Shown here piece after piece: positions 41,604 to 51,766 of a DNA stretch of 64,000 nucleotides. Within the stretch, counting starts at the first letter, position 1. Each line of letters begins with the position of its first letter. The notes beneath the pieces were generated by a model that was given only the letters and a program-made list of their open reading frames with translations, searched no databases and had not been told where the DNA came from. The position numbers and the translations under genes were made by a program. This stretch comes from Micrococcales bacterium. GTDB lineage: Bacteria > Actinomycetota > Actinomycetes > Actinomycetales > Microbacteriaceae. The DNA is taken from assembly GCA_947489135.1 (NCBI GenBank), contig CANLCU010000001.1, positions 276 through 64,275 of the forward strand, written 5' to 3'.

Positions 41604-43057
41604 GCAAACTAGATCACCTTCAAAGTTGGCACTCTGATTGGAGTGAACTCAAGGCTGTAGTTTTTGGTCTTGGTGTCAGCGGTTTTTCTGTTGCCGATAC
41701 TTTGAATGAGCTTGGTGCGACAGTACTCGTAATTGCAGATAAAGCAGATGACAAGTCTCTCGATATCCTCGATGCCTTAGGAATTGATTCCCTAATTGGG
41801 AAAGACTCTGAAACAGTTGCAAAAAGATTTAGTGAATTTGGTGCTCAGTTAATAGTCACATCTCCAGGTATCAAACCTGACAATGCTCTTCTAGTTCAGG
41901 CCGGGGAGGCTGACATTGAAATCTGGACAGACATTGATCTTGCTTGGCGAGTGAGAGACAAGTTTGGAAAACCTTCTCAGTGGATTTGCATCACCGGAAC
42001 TAATGGCAAGACGACTGTCACGCAACTAGTTGAACAGATGCTCCTATCTGCAGGCATTAGAGCTGTTGCCTGCGGCAACATCGGCAAGCCAATACTTGAT
42101 GCAGTTAGAGACCCTGCAGAGTTTGAAGTTCTTGCAGTTGAACTAAGCAGTTTCCAATTGCACTATACGAATCACATCGAACCTTTAGCCAGCACAGTAC
42201 TGAATCTGGCAGAAGACCACTTGGATTGGCATGGTTCAATGCAGGAGTATGGCAGGACCAAGGGAAAGATCTATAACAACACCAAGCTCTGCTGTGTTTA
42301 TAACGTAGGAGACAAACAAACTTCTGAACTATTAGCAAAGGCAACCAACACCGATGAGGCTCAAGCAGTTGGCTTCACAGTAAACACTCCAGCACCGAAT
42401 GAAATTGGCTGGGTTGAAGACATTTTGGTTGATAGAGCTTTTGTTGATGATGCCTCTGAGGCACTAGAGCTTGCAACTCTCAATGACCTCAATGAAAGCA
42501 TTATCGTAAGTCCTCACCTAATGTCTAACATTGCTGCTGCTGCTTCTCTAGCTAGAGCAGCAGGAGTGCAGCCTCATGAAATTGCTAGAGCACTTCAAGA
42601 GTTCCAGCTAGATCATCACCGCATTGAACTTGTCTTGAGAAAAGATGGCATCGAATGGGTTGATGACTCAAAGGCGACTAACCCTCACGCAGCAGCAGCT
42701 GCACTCTCATCATTCGATTCAGTTGTTTGGGTAGTTGGTGGACTACTAAAGGGTGTGGACATCTCCGCTTTAGTTGCCAAGTATTCCTCAAAACTAAAAG
42801 CGGCAATTGTTATTGGTTTGGACACAGAGCCAGTGCTAGAAGCATTAGCGAAACATTCGCCTAACACTCAAGTTCACGAAGTAAAAACTGAGCCAAGTGA
42901 AGTTATGAGTGAAGTAGTACGAATTGCTAAAGGTATTGCGACCGATGGTGATGCTGTTCTTCTTGCTCCAGCTGCTGCGTCTATGGATCAGTTCAAGGAC
43001 TATGCACACCGGGGGCAACAGTTTGCAGAAGCAGTACGTAAGGAAGTTCAGGGCTAA
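41600..43057 (+). CDS. murD: UDP-MurNAc-L-Ala(Gly):D-Glu ligase
   Basis: GLGVSG, ITGTNGKTT, ELSSFQL, DHLDWH, DDSKATN, APAAASMDQF; ATG 41600 overlaps the mraY TGA. Confidence 0.96.
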   Translation: MSKLDHLQSWHSDWSELKAVVFGLGVSGFSVADTLNELGATVLVIADKADDKSLDILDALGIDSLIGKDSETVAKRFSEFGAQLIVTSPGIKPDNALLVQAGEADIEIWTDIDLAWRVRDKFGKPSQWICITGTNGKTTVTQLVEQMLLSAGIRAVACGNIGKPILDAVRDPAEFEVLAVELSSFQLHYTNHIEPLASTVLNLAEDHLDWHGSMQEYGRTKGKIYNNTKLCCVYNVGDKQTSELLAKATNTDEAQAVGFTVNTPAPNEIGWVEDILVDRAFVDDASEALELATLNDLNESIIVSPHLMSNIAAAASLARAAGVQPHEIARALQEFQLDHHRIELVLRKDGIEWVDDSKATNPHAAAAALSSFDSVVWVVGGLLKGVDISALVAKYSSKLKAAIVIGLDTEPVLEALAKHSPNTQVHEVKTEPSEVMSEVVRIAKGIATDGDAVLLAPAAASMDQFKDYAHRGQQFAEAVRKEVQG

Positions 43058-44304
43058 TGGCAAATACAAAACAGGCAGTTAAGCGAAAGTCAGCACAAAG
43101 TTCAGGTTTGAGAACAAACATCGCTGACTTTGTTAGAAACCCAATTCAATCTTCTATAACTTGGTTTGATAGGTACTTCTTGAACCAGACACCTTTGTTC
43201 TACAGATTGGCAATGCTAATTGTTTTTATGTTGGGTTGCGGTCTGGTTATGGTTCTAAGTGCCTCAAACGTGGTCTCAATCAAGGCAACAGGGGATGCCT
43301 TCGCTGAGTTTAGATCACAAACTTATGCCGCAATTCTTGGGCTAGTTTTCATGATTTTTATTTCAATGCGCACAGTAGCGATCATCCAGAAGTTCTCAAT
43401 GCTTTTTTGGGCAGGGTCAGTTGCTTTGCAATTCCTTGTAATGGTTCCAGGAATTGGAAAGACGGTTGGTGGTAACACCAACTGGCTTGCTTTTGGATCG
43501 TTGACTTTGCAACCTTCAGAATTTATGAAACTTGGAATCATCCTTGCTCTTGCTGTGAAGTTAAGCCCAAATCTCGATGAGTTATGGGATTGGCGTAAGG
43601 GTGCCCTGCCTCTTGTACTCTATGGAATATTGCCTGCAGGTTTAATCTTTGCAAGCTCTCAGGACCTTGGAACTACTTTGGTTATCATCGCATTTGTCGT
43701 AGCGCTTGCTTTCCTTATCGGGATGCCGATGAGAGATATTGGATTCATTGTTGCATCAGGTGCGGTATTAGCTTTTGGTTTCGCGTTATCTAGTCAAAAT
43801 CGTATGAATCGAATTTTAGCTTTCTTAGGGCAAACAGATTCAGTTGCAGCAGATACAAACTGGCAGACCGATAAGGCAGCTTGGGCTTTTGCATCCGGTG
43901 GTCTATTTGGCACTGGACTTGGTGATTCAAAGATGAAGTGGGGTTGGATTCCTGAAGTAGAGAACGACTTCATTTTCTCCGTTGTTGGAGAAGAAGTTGG
44001 GCTACTTGGAGCTGTAGTGGTTTTGGTTTTGTTCTTCATGCTCGCTCGCTACATTCGCAGAGTTTCTTTGAACTCAACCACTACTTTTGGTGCAGTCGCA
44101 GTAACAGGCGTTATGTTGTGGATCACTATTCAAGCGTGCATTAACATCGCTGTTGTACTTGGATTGTTCCCTGTAATTGGTGTTCCTCTTCCGCTTTTCT
44201 CTAAGGGAGGGTCATCAATGCTCGCGGTTCTTATGGCACTTGGTGTTGTGCTTGCTGTCGAGAGAGATCAAGACCGACCAATAAGAAGAGCACGTAAGAA
44301 ATGA
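43057..44304 (+). CDS. ftsW: SEDS peptidoglycan polymerase FtsW
   Basis: GLVMVLSAS, QPSEFMK, DLGT, NDFIFSVVGEE, PVIGVPLP..SKGGSS. Confidence 0.95.
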   Translation: MANTKQAVKRKSAQSSGLRTNIADFVRNPIQSSITWFDRYFLNQTPLFYRLAMLIVFMLGCGLVMVLSASNVVSIKATGDAFAEFRSQTYAAILGLVFMIFISMRTVAIIQKFSMLFWAGSVALQFLVMVPGIGKTVGGNTNWLAFGSLTLQPSEFMKLGIILALAVKLSPNLDELWDWRKGALPLVLYGILPAGLIFASSQDLGTTLVIIAFVVALAFLIGMPMRDIGFIVASGAVLAFGFALSSQNRMNRILAFLGQTDSVAADTNWQTDKAAWAFASGGLFGTGLGDSKMKWGWIPEVENDFIFSVVGEEVGLLGAVVVLVLFFMLARYIRRVSLNSTTTFGAVAVTGVMLWITIQACINIAVVLGLFPVIGVPLPLFSKGGSSMLAVLMALGVVLAVERDQDRPIRRARKK

Positions 44305-45380
44305 CCAATTATCTTCTGGCCGGTGGAGGAACAGCAGGGCACGTAAACCCTCTGCTATCTCTTGCAGATGAAATCATGGCTCAATCGGGCGAGCATAAGG
44401 TTTGGGCACTGGGCACAGTAGAAGGCCTTGAGTCAACGCTGGTTCCAGAGCGTGGCTATGAACTGCTCACAGTTCCAAGATTGCCAATGCCAAGAAAGAT
44501 AAACACTTACCTTTTTAAGTTCCCTTCTTTGTTCTTGAAGTCAATTGCAACGGTCAAGCAATACATAAAGGAAAAGAACATTGATGTTGTTGTTGGTTTT
44601 GGTGGTTACGCAAGTGCACCGGCTTATCGAGCTGCTAAAGAACTAGGAATTCCTTTTGTTGTTCACGAAGCAAATGCTCTACCTGGCTATGCCAACCGAG
44701 TCGGAGCTAGAACTGCTTCTGCTGTTGGTGTGACTTTTAGGAAAACTGATTTGCCTAAAGCTGTTCTAGTTGGAATGCCTCTTCGCAAAGAGGTTATTGA
44801 GATAACAAAGACAGACATGAAATTTGAAGCAGATGTTTACTTCGGTCTTGATCCAAAACTAACCACATTGCTGGTTACCGGCGGATCACTTGGAGCAAAG
44901 AGAATCAACGAAACTATTGATGCATCTAGACAACTGCTTGAGGCTGCAGGTATTCAAGTTATTCACATTGTTGGTAACAGAGCAGAATTGCCTGATTTGA
45001 TTCAAGGTGGCTATCACCGACTTAGCTACTGCAACCGCATGGACTTAGCTCTAGCAGCAGCTGATTTCGCTGTTGCTAGATCAGGATCAGCAACAGTTAG
45101 TGAGTTGGCTGCAGTTGGACTTCCAGCTGTGTTGGTTCCATATCCAGTTGGTAATGGTGAGCAGAAGCTAAATGCAGCAGAGTTAGTTGAAGCAGGGGGA
45201 GCGGTGCTGGTGGCCGATGCAGAATTCACACCGGAGTATGTGCGATCACATCTAATTCCTCTGATTAGCAATGCCAAGGAGCTTAAGAGTATGAGAGAGA
45301 AGGCACTCTCTGTTGGAGTAAGAGATGGCTCCGAACGCTTGCTTGAGCTGGTAAATGGCGTGTTGCTGGGCAAAGACTAG
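44301..45380 (+). CDS. murG: MurG N-acetylglucosaminyl transferase
   Basis: GGGTAGHVNP, GFGGY, HEAN, GGSLGA, RSGSATVSE, EQKLNA. Confidence 0.97.
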   Translation: MTNYLLAGGGTAGHVNPLLSLADEIMAQSGEHKVWALGTVEGLESTLVPERGYELLTVPRLPMPRKINTYLFKFPSLFLKSIATVKQYIKEKNIDVVVGFGGYASAPAYRAAKELGIPFVVHEANALPGYANRVGARTASAVGVTFRKTDLPKAVLVGMPLRKEVIEITKTDMKFEADVYFGLDPKLTTLLVTGGSLGAKRINETIDASRQLLEAAGIQVIHIVGNRAELPDLIQGGYHRLSYCNRMDLALAAADFAVARSGSATVSELAAVGLPAVLVPYPVGNGEQKLNAAELVEAGGAVLVADAEFTPEYVRSHLIPLISNAKELKSMREKALSVGVRDGSERLLELVNGVLLGKD

Positions 45381-45418
45381 CCAGGCTTATTTAGTCTTAG
45401 AGAAATCAAGAGGATTTT

Positions 45419-46810
45419 ATGACCATCAAACCGGATTTTAGCCAGGTAGTTCCAGAACACCTGGGGCACATTCACTTCATTGGTATTGGTGGATCAGGTA
45501 TGAGTGGAATTGCTCGACTACTTATCCAATCCGGACACAAGGTAACCGGTAGCGATGTTAGAGATTCTGGCAACATCGAAGAGCTGAGAAGACTTGGTGC
45601 CCATGTTGCCATCGGTCATGACGCAGCAAACTTAGGTGATGCTGACACGGTTGTGGTCACATCAGCTCTATGGCCGACTAATCCTGAGTACGTTTTAGCT
45701 CAAGAGAAGAAGTTACCAATCCTTCACAGATCTCAAGCCTTGAAGTACCTGACTACTGGCAAGAAGCTAATTTCTGTCGCCGGTGCTCACGGTAAGACAA
45801 CCAGCACTGGAATGGTTGTAACAGGCCTTAGACAACTCGGTAAAGACCCAAGCTTTGTGAATGGTGGAGTTATTGCTGAATACGGTTCATCAGCTGCCTC
45901 AGGCTCTACAGACCTTTTTGTAATTGAAGCCGATGAATCAGATGGCTCTTTCCTGCACTATCAAACAGCAGTAGCACTCATCACTAATGTTGACCCCGAT
46001 CACCTTGATCACTACGGATCGCTTGAAAATTTTGAAAGAGAATTCGCAAGGTTCGCTAACGGTGCATCTGACTTTGTGGCCATCAGCTCAGATGATGCTG
46101 GAGCAGTTCGAGTAACCAAACTGATTCAAGACAAGAGAATCATTACCTTTGGTGAGCACGAGAGTGCTGATGTAAGAATCATTAATCTTGATGCATCTGG
46201 TGCAAGGGTAAGTTTTGAGCTCTCCTACTTTGGAGGGAACTACTCAGCAACCCTTCTGGTACCAGGAAAGCACAATGCCATTAACGCGGCAGGAGCATTT
46301 GCAGTTCTTGTAGGTCTTGGCCTTGATCCAAAGGCTTCATTAGCTGCAATCGCTACCTTCAATGGAACACAGAGACGCTTTGAACTGCACGGTGAAGTTA
46401 GGGGAGTGAAGGTTTACGATGACTTCGCTCACCATCCAACCGAGGTACTGGCTGCACTGAGTGCGGCAAGAGCAGTAGTTGGTTCAGGCAGACTCATAAC
46501 AGTTTTCCAGCCACACCTCTACAGCAGAACCAGATTGTTTGCCAAAGAGTTCGCTGAAGCTCTTGCACTAAGCGATGAAGTTGTAGTTCTAGACATTTAC
46601 GCAGCTAGAGAAGACCCTGAACCTGGTGTAACTGGAGCTCTTATTGCCGATGCATATCACGATCAAGAGAAGATGCATTATGTGCCAGTTTGGGATGATG
46701 TTCCAGCTGCAGTAGCGGCAATTGCTCTCTCTGGTGACTTTGTTATCACTATGGGTTGCGGAGATGTGTACCGTCAGGTTCCAGGAATTCTAAAAGCACT
46801 TGAGGCATAG
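45419..46810 (+). CDS. murC: MurC ligase
   Basis: [47 protein letters not shown]. Confidence 0.97.
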   Translation: MTIKPDFSQVVPEHLGHIHFIGIGGSGMSGIARLLIQSGHKVTGSDVRDSGNIEELRRLGAHVAIGHDAANLGDADTVVVTSALWPTNPEYVLAQEKKLPILHRSQALKYLTTGKKLISVAGAHGKTTSTGMVVTGLRQLGKDPSFVNGGVIAEYGSSAASGSTDLFVIEADESDGSFLHYQTAVALITNVDPDHLDHYGSLENFEREFARFANGASDFVAISSDDAGAVRVTKLIQDKRIITFGEHESADVRIINLDASGARVSFELSYFGGNYSATLLVPGKHNAINAAGAFAVLVGLGLDPKASLAAIATFNGTQRRFELHGEVRGVKVYDDFAHHPTEVLAALSAARAVVGSGRLITVFQPHLYSRTRLFAKEFAEALALSDEVVVLDIYAAREDPEPGVTGALIADAYHDQEKMHYVPVWDDVPAAVAAIALSGDFVITMGCGDVYRQVPGILKALEA

Positions 46811-46812
46811 CC

Positions 46813-47691
46813 TTGGAACCTTCAAAGAATCGACCTAGATACTCTAAACCTGTTCCACGGGCTAAAGGTAAGACTGCTAAGCCAAAGATCAAGCCCGTAA
46901 TTAAAAAAGCAAAAGGCCCAGCAAAGCCATCTCTCAAGAAGATTCGAGCCACTGCTTCGCTTCGCAGAGCAAGAGTAAAAGAAGTCAGAAGATTCACTAA
47001 AGAATCTCAAGTTAAGAAAATCTTTGTTCGTTCGATTCTGGGAGCATTGCTTGCTCTAGTTCTATTTGTTCTTTCAACGATGTTCACTCCAATCTTGGCT
47101 GTGAACAAGATAACTATCATCGGAGAAAACAAGGTTCCTGAATCAAAAATTCAGGCAGCACTTAAGGGTTACATCGGCAAACCGTTGCCGATGATTAGCA
47201 GTCATAATGTTGCAGATGATCTAGCGAAGTTCAAACTCATCGAAAGCATTGCAGTGGTAAGCCAACCGCCTCATGAACTCAGAGTAAAGATTGTTGAAAG
47301 AACTCCGATATCAATCGTCGTTTCTGATGGAGTTGAATTCTTATATGACCCTTCAGGCATCCGGTTGGGTGTAGCAAACGGTTCTGAGAAACTTCCAACC
47401 ATCATCATTACCGGTGATCCAAAGACTTCTAAAAACTACACCCAGGCTATCGACGTGCTACTAGCTCTGCCAGCTTCACTTCTAGAGAAGATTGAATACA
47501 TTCAAGCAAAGACCCGAGATAACGTGACCATGAGGCTTAGAGGTAACTACAAGCAAACAATCATCTGGGGTGATTCAACTCAGGCCGCATTGAAGTCCAG
47601 GGTTCTAAAAGTTCTTCTCTACAAAACGCCAGCTCGAATACCTGCAACCTTCGATGTTTCCTCTCCAGAAACCCCGAGCGTAATCCGCTAG
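46813..47691 (+). CDS. ftsQ: Cell division protein FtsQ/DivIB
   Basis: Basic N-terminus, one TM, POTRA (PPHELRVKIVERTP), WGDS, DVSSP; between murC and ftsZ. Confidence 0.88.
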   Translation: MEPSKNRPRYSKPVPRAKGKTAKPKIKPVIKKAKGPAKPSLKKIRATASLRRARVKEVRRFTKESQVKKIFVRSILGALLALVLFVLSTMFTPILAVNKITIIGENKVPESKIQAALKGYIGKPLPMISSHNVADDLAKFKLIESIAVVSQPPHELRVKIVERTPISIVVSDGVEFLYDPSGIRLGVANGSEKLPTIIITGDPKTSKNYTQAIDVLLALPASLLEKIEYIQAKTRDNVTMRLRGNYKQTIIWGDSTQAALKSRVLKVLLYKTPARIPATFDVSSPETPSVIR

Positions 47692-47779
47692 CAAGTTCCA
47701 GACACACCCAAGGATTAGCAGGGGATTAGGTGCTTTACCGCTTAGTTTTTTGGCGCAGATGCATTTGGTGAATATCACT

Positions 47780-47804
47780 AACCTTCAACTTGAGGTTTAG
47801 GGTT
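47780..47804 (+). promoter_or_regulatory. FtsR-type (MerR) operator upstream of ftsZ
   Basis: Imperfect 25-bp palindrome AACCTTCAAC-TTGAG-GTTTAGGGTT, 31 bp before the ftsZ ATG; resembles my recollection of the Corynebacterium FtsR site. Confidence 0.72.
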
Positions 47805-47835
47805 TGCTGAATGTTGGACTAATCGAAGGAAGCAC

Positions 47836-49074
47836 ATGTCTGAAGCAGGTTTGAATAATTTTCTAGCGGTCATCAAAGTCGTTGGTGTCGGTGGTGCCGG
47901 TGGTAACGCGGTCAACCAGATGATTGAAAAGCAACTCCGTGGAGTTGAGTTCATCGCTATTAACACTGATGGTCAAGACCTATTGAAATCAGAAGCACAT
48001 GTGAAGTTAGAAATCGGTAGCACCAGCACAAGAAGTCTTGGTGCTGGAGCTGATCCTGAAGTTGGTAGAAGAGCTGCTGAAGATCACGCTGAAGAAATTG
48101 CAGAAGTACTTCGTGGATCAGACATGGTCTTCGTTGCAGCTGGTGAAGGTGGAGGTACCGGTACCGGTGCTGCTCCAGTGGTGGCAAGAATTGCTAAAGA
48201 GTCTGGTGCACTAACAGTTGGTGTTGTTAGCCGTCCTTTTGATTTTGAAGGAAGACGCAGAGCAGAGAATGCTCAGGTTGGTATCGATGCACTTAGAGCT
48301 GAAGTTGATGCACTGATCATTGTTCCAAACCAAAAACTTATTGAACTAAATGATGCAGAACTAAGTTTTGTAGATGCATTCAGCATGGCTGATGAAATTC
48401 TTCGTGCAGGTGTTCAAGGTATCTCTGACCTAATTGTTGAAACAGGTCTTGTGAACCTGGACTTCGCAGACGTCAAGGCTGTTATGCAAGGTGCTGGTAC
48501 TGCTCTAATGGGTATTGGAACTGCTAAGGGTGAAGATCGTGCGATGCGTGCAGCAGAGCAGGCAATCAACCACCCACTACTTGAAAACAGCATTGATAAC
48601 GCTCGTGGTGTTCTAATTCAGTTCTCAGCTGCTTCAAACATGAAACTTGCTGAAATCAACGAAGCTTCAAGATTGATTCAAGAGATTGTTCACCCAAGTG
48701 CAAACATCTACTTCGGTAGCTCAATCAACGATGCTATGGGTGATGAAATCCGTGTAACAGTTATCGCTGCAGGTTTTGATGAAGTAACTCCAAGACCAGC
48801 TTCAAAGCCAAGTTCATTCTCAGCTGCTAACTCAGGTTCGATTCCTGTAGTTCCAACTCCTGCTTACGAACCAGAAGAAGAAGTTCAAAGTTCAACTAGC
48901 TCTAGCGTTCCTGCATGGTTTGGAACTTCAGACATTGAGCCTCAAGAAGAGGTAGCAGAGCCTGTTAGAGAAGAACGTGCTTCAGAAGAGCAGAACAGAC
49001 CATTCAACTTTGAACAAAGAAAAACTAGTTCAAACTTTGACGATGGCATGGACATTCCTGATTTCTTGAAGTAA
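47836..49074 (+). CDS. ftsZ: Cell division protein FtsZ
   Basis: GGGTGTG signature, PFDFEG, T7 loop NLDFADV, C-terminal DIPDFLK. Confidence 0.98.
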   Translation: MSEAGLNNFLAVIKVVGVGGAGGNAVNQMIEKQLRGVEFIAINTDGQDLLKSEAHVKLEIGSTSTRSLGAGADPEVGRRAAEDHAEEIAEVLRGSDMVFVAAGEGGGTGTGAAPVVARIAKESGALTVGVVSRPFDFEGRRRAENAQVGIDALRAEVDALIIVPNQKLIELNDAELSFVDAFSMADEILRAGVQGISDLIVETGLVNLDFADVKAVMQGAGTALMGIGTAKGEDRAMRAAEQAINHPLLENSIDNARGVLIQFSAASNMKLAEINEASRLIQEIVHPSANIYFGSSINDAMGDEIRVTVIAAGFDEVTPRPASKPSSFSAANSGSIPVVPTPAYEPEEEVQSSTSSSVPAWFGTSDIEPQEEVAEPVREERASEEQNRPFNFEQRKTSSNFDDGMDIPDFLK

Positions 49075-49080
49075 AGATCT

Positions 49081-49776
49081 TTGGAAGCCAGCCTCGAAGA
49101 CAGACTCAACTCAATTCATCAAAGAATTGATGCAGCAGCCAAGGCTGCTAACAGAAGTTCTGAAGAGATTGAACTGGTTGTTGTTACCAAGAATCACGGC
49201 TATGAATTAGCTCTTGAATTACTCAAATTAGGTGAAAGCCAGTTTGGTGAAAACAAAGATCAGGAAGCTTCTCTAAAGGCAGCTCAGGTTGCCGAGAATC
49301 TACCCTCTGGTCAAACTGCTCCCACTTGGCACTTTGTTGGGCAACTGCAAAGCAACAAGGTCAGATCAATGCTTGCCTACAGCTCTGTATTGCATTCCCT
49401 AGATCGCGGTTCCTTGCTCAAAGAACTAGCCAAACAGCTAGCCAAGACCCCAGAGCAGACCCTTGAGGTGTTTATTGAACTCAACCTCACGGATGACCCA
49501 AATAGGGGCGGAGTTGAGCTACAAGACCTAACCCAGTTCACTGAGCAGGTTCTGGCTGTGCCTCAACTCAAGCTATTGGGAGTTATGGGGGTAGCTGGTC
49601 TGGATGTCGAGCCAGCCGCGGACTTCGCCAGAATCTTGAAGGCTAGCCAGGAAGTGCAGGCCCTTTCTAAGGCGGCTACCTTCATCTCAGCAGGCATGTC
49701 TGGGGACTTTGAAGAGGCTATTGGCTTTGGTGCGACACACTTGAGAATAGGCACAGCAATTACTGGAAAGCGTTAG
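49081..49776 (+). CDS. yggS: YggS family PLP homeostasis protein
   Basis: VVTK, FGENKDQE, WHFVGQLQSNK, SAGMSGDF, LRIGTAI. Confidence 0.95.
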   Translation: MEASLEDRLNSIHQRIDAAAKAANRSSEEIELVVVTKNHGYELALELLKLGESQFGENKDQEASLKAAQVAENLPSGQTAPTWHFVGQLQSNKVRSMLAYSSVLHSLDRGSLLKELAKQLAKTPEQTLEVFIELNLTDDPNRGGVELQDLTQFTEQVLAVPQLKLLGVMGVAGLDVEPAADFARILKASQEVQALSKAATFISAGMSGDFEEAIGFGATHLRIGTAITGKR

Positions 49777-49823
49777 TTATTGGGTTTAACCTTGAATAGT
49801 CGGGGTTTACCAAAGGAGACACT

Positions 49824-50237
49824 ATGTCTAGTTTTACAAGTAGTCTAAAGAACTTCCTCATGCCCGGATCAGATAAAGCACCAGCTAGCTCTGAATCAAG
49901 AGGATCAGCACCTCGTGCGAAAGCTCCTAGACCGTCAAGACGCGGCAACGAAGTTGCAAGCATCGAAACCGTAACTCCTTCTTCTTATTCAGAGGCAGGA
50001 CTAATCGCAGAACTTCTTCGTGAAGGCACACCTGTGATTGTTAACGTTCACCTATTGAGCGATGGTGAGACCAGAAGACTTGTTGACTTCATGGCAGGGC
50101 TTAAAGCAGGTCTTCTAGGCGAGTCAAAGCGCGTGGCTGAGACTGTTTACCTTCTAGCTCCTTATGGCGTTGACATCGATCCTGACGCTGATGACGTGCT
50201 TGAAGCTGAAGGCGACCGCCTTATAGTACGTCCTTAG
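49824..50237 (+). CDS. sepF: Cell division protein SepF
   Basis: PSSYSEA, REGTPVIVN, RRLVDFMAGL, RVAETVYLLAP; SD AAGGAG. Confidence 0.9.
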   Translation: MSSFTSSLKNFLMPGSDKAPASSESRGSAPRAKAPRPSRRGNEVASIETVTPSSYSEAGLIAELLREGTPVIVNVHLLSDGETRRLVDFMAGLKAGLLGESKRVAETVYLLAPYGVDIDPDADDVLEAEGDRLIVRP

Positions 50238-50249
50238 CCCGGAGAAGTT

Positions 50250-50537
50250 TTGTCGCAAATTGCTGTAATTCTTCTCAATGTTCTAGAGATCTTCCGAATC
50301 ATTTTGCTTGCCCGAATCATTATTGAATGGGTAAGGGATCTAAACCCTAAGTTCAGACCAAAGGGTATTTTCCTGATCTTGGCAGAACTCACATTTACCC
50401 TTACAGACTGGGTAATCAAGCCACTTTCCAAGATAATCAAGCCTGTGAGGGTGGGTGGAGCTTACATAGACCTGTCAATATTGGCTGTTTTCGTCCTGTT
50501 GATAGTTCTAGAGTTCCTGTTAAGAACACTCATCTAG
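50250..50537 (+). CDS. yggT: YggT family membrane protein
   Basis: LLARIIIEW, LTD..IKPL, DLS; sepF-yggT-divIVA synteny. Confidence 0.9.
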   Translation: MSQIAVILLNVLEIFRIILLARIIIEWVRDLNPKFRPKGIFLILAELTFTLTDWVIKPLSKIIKPVRVGGAYIDLSILAVFVLLIVLEFLLRTLI

Positions 50538-50613
50538 TTTGCCGAGGTAGGGTAACCTTAACTTTTGTCCAAGACCACATGATTGTGTGGCAGAGAAGAA
50601 TAGGGAGATTGCG

Positions 50614-51264
50614 ATGCCGTTGACTCCAGAAGATGTCGTAAACAAGAGATTCCAGCCAACCAAATTCCGTGAAGGCTATGACCAGGATGAAGTTGATGAC
50701 TTCCTAGATGAGATCGTCCTTGAGATGCGTCGCATGTCACAGGAGAACGAGGACCTAAGACAGCGCCTATTGGCAGCTGATGGTCGTCTAACAGAGCTTC
50801 AGAGATCTGGAGCGGGTCTAGTTCAGCAGGTCAACACCGCAGAAGCTTCAATCCCAGACTCAACAACAGACAACGAAGCCTTCCCTCAGGCAGCGGCTGA
50901 TTTGAGTTCCTTCGAAGGAAACAACACCAACAACTTGCTACAGCTTGCTCGTAAGCTTCACGAAGAACACGTTCGTGAAGGTCTTGAAAAGCGTGATGCA
51001 CTAGTTGCTGAAGGTCATGCAACAGCAGCAAGAATTGTTAGAGAAGCAGAAGCTCAGCACAGAGCAGACATGTCAAGACTTGAGCAAGAGAAGGCTTTGG
51101 CTGAAAACGACCTACAGACACTTCGTAACTTCGAAAGAGACTACAGAGCAAAGCTCAAGTCATACATCGAAGGTCAGCTAAGCGATCTTGAGGCTGCTAA
51201 CTCAACAGCTCCTAAGACCTCAACTGGTCCTAACCAAATTGCCAACCAAACTTTCCAAATCTAA
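50614..51264 (+). CDS. divIVA: DivIVA/Wag31
   Basis: MPLTPEDVVNKRF...EGYDQDEVDDFLDE, coiled coils, FERDYRAKLKSYIEGQL; ATG 50614 after AGGGAG. Confidence 0.95.
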   Translation: MPLTPEDVVNKRFQPTKFREGYDQDEVDDFLDEIVLEMRRMSQENEDLRQRLLAADGRLTELQRSGAGLVQQVNTAEASIPDSTTDNEAFPQAAADLSSFEGNNTNNLLQLARKLHEEHVREGLEKRDALVAEGHATAARIVREAEAQHRADMSRLEQEKALAENDLQTLRNFERDYRAKLKSYIEGQLSDLEAANSTAPKTSTGPNQIANQTFQI

Positions 51265-51268
51265 TTAG

Positions 51269-51766
51269 TTGACTACTAGGCAGCCTTTCAACAAAGCGAC
51301 CCTAACTTTTCTGGGTGTGGCGATTAGCGTCATCACTTTAGATCAACTAACTAAATCATTGGCACTACAGTTTCTTGAGCTCTACGAACCAGTTCCTGTA
51401 ATTCCAGAAGTTCTGAACTTCACTCTGGCATTCAACGACAGGGCGGCCTTCTCCCTTGGTGGAGCAAACACCTGGGTGTTCACCTTGTTGGCTTCTTTAG
51501 CTTGTCTTTTCTTGCTTTGGGTAGGCCCCAAGTTCAGAACTAGAGGTTGGTTATTGCTAGGTGGGTTTGCTCTGGGTGGAGTTGGTGGAAACCTAATCGA
51601 CAGATTGTTTAGAGAACCAGGTTTCCCTAACGGTCACGTAGTTGATTTCATCCAGATACCTTTCAACTTCCCGATATTCAATATCGCCGACATGGCAATT
51701 TCTTCAGCAGCATTCCTTATTGCTCTTCGCTTGGTTCGTGGAGATAAATTTGGCGGATCCAAGTGA
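51269..51766 (+). CDS. lspA: Lipoprotein signal peptidase II
   Basis: DQLTK, NDRAAFS, GNLIDR, VVDFI, FNIAD. Confidence 0.95.
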   Translation: MTTRQPFNKATLTFLGVAISVITLDQLTKSLALQFLELYEPVPVIPEVLNFTLAFNDRAAFSLGGANTWVFTLLASLACLFLLWVGPKFRTRGWLLLGGFALGGVGGNLIDRLFREPGFPNGHVVDFIQIPFNFPIFNIADMAISSAAFLIALRLVRGDKFGGSK

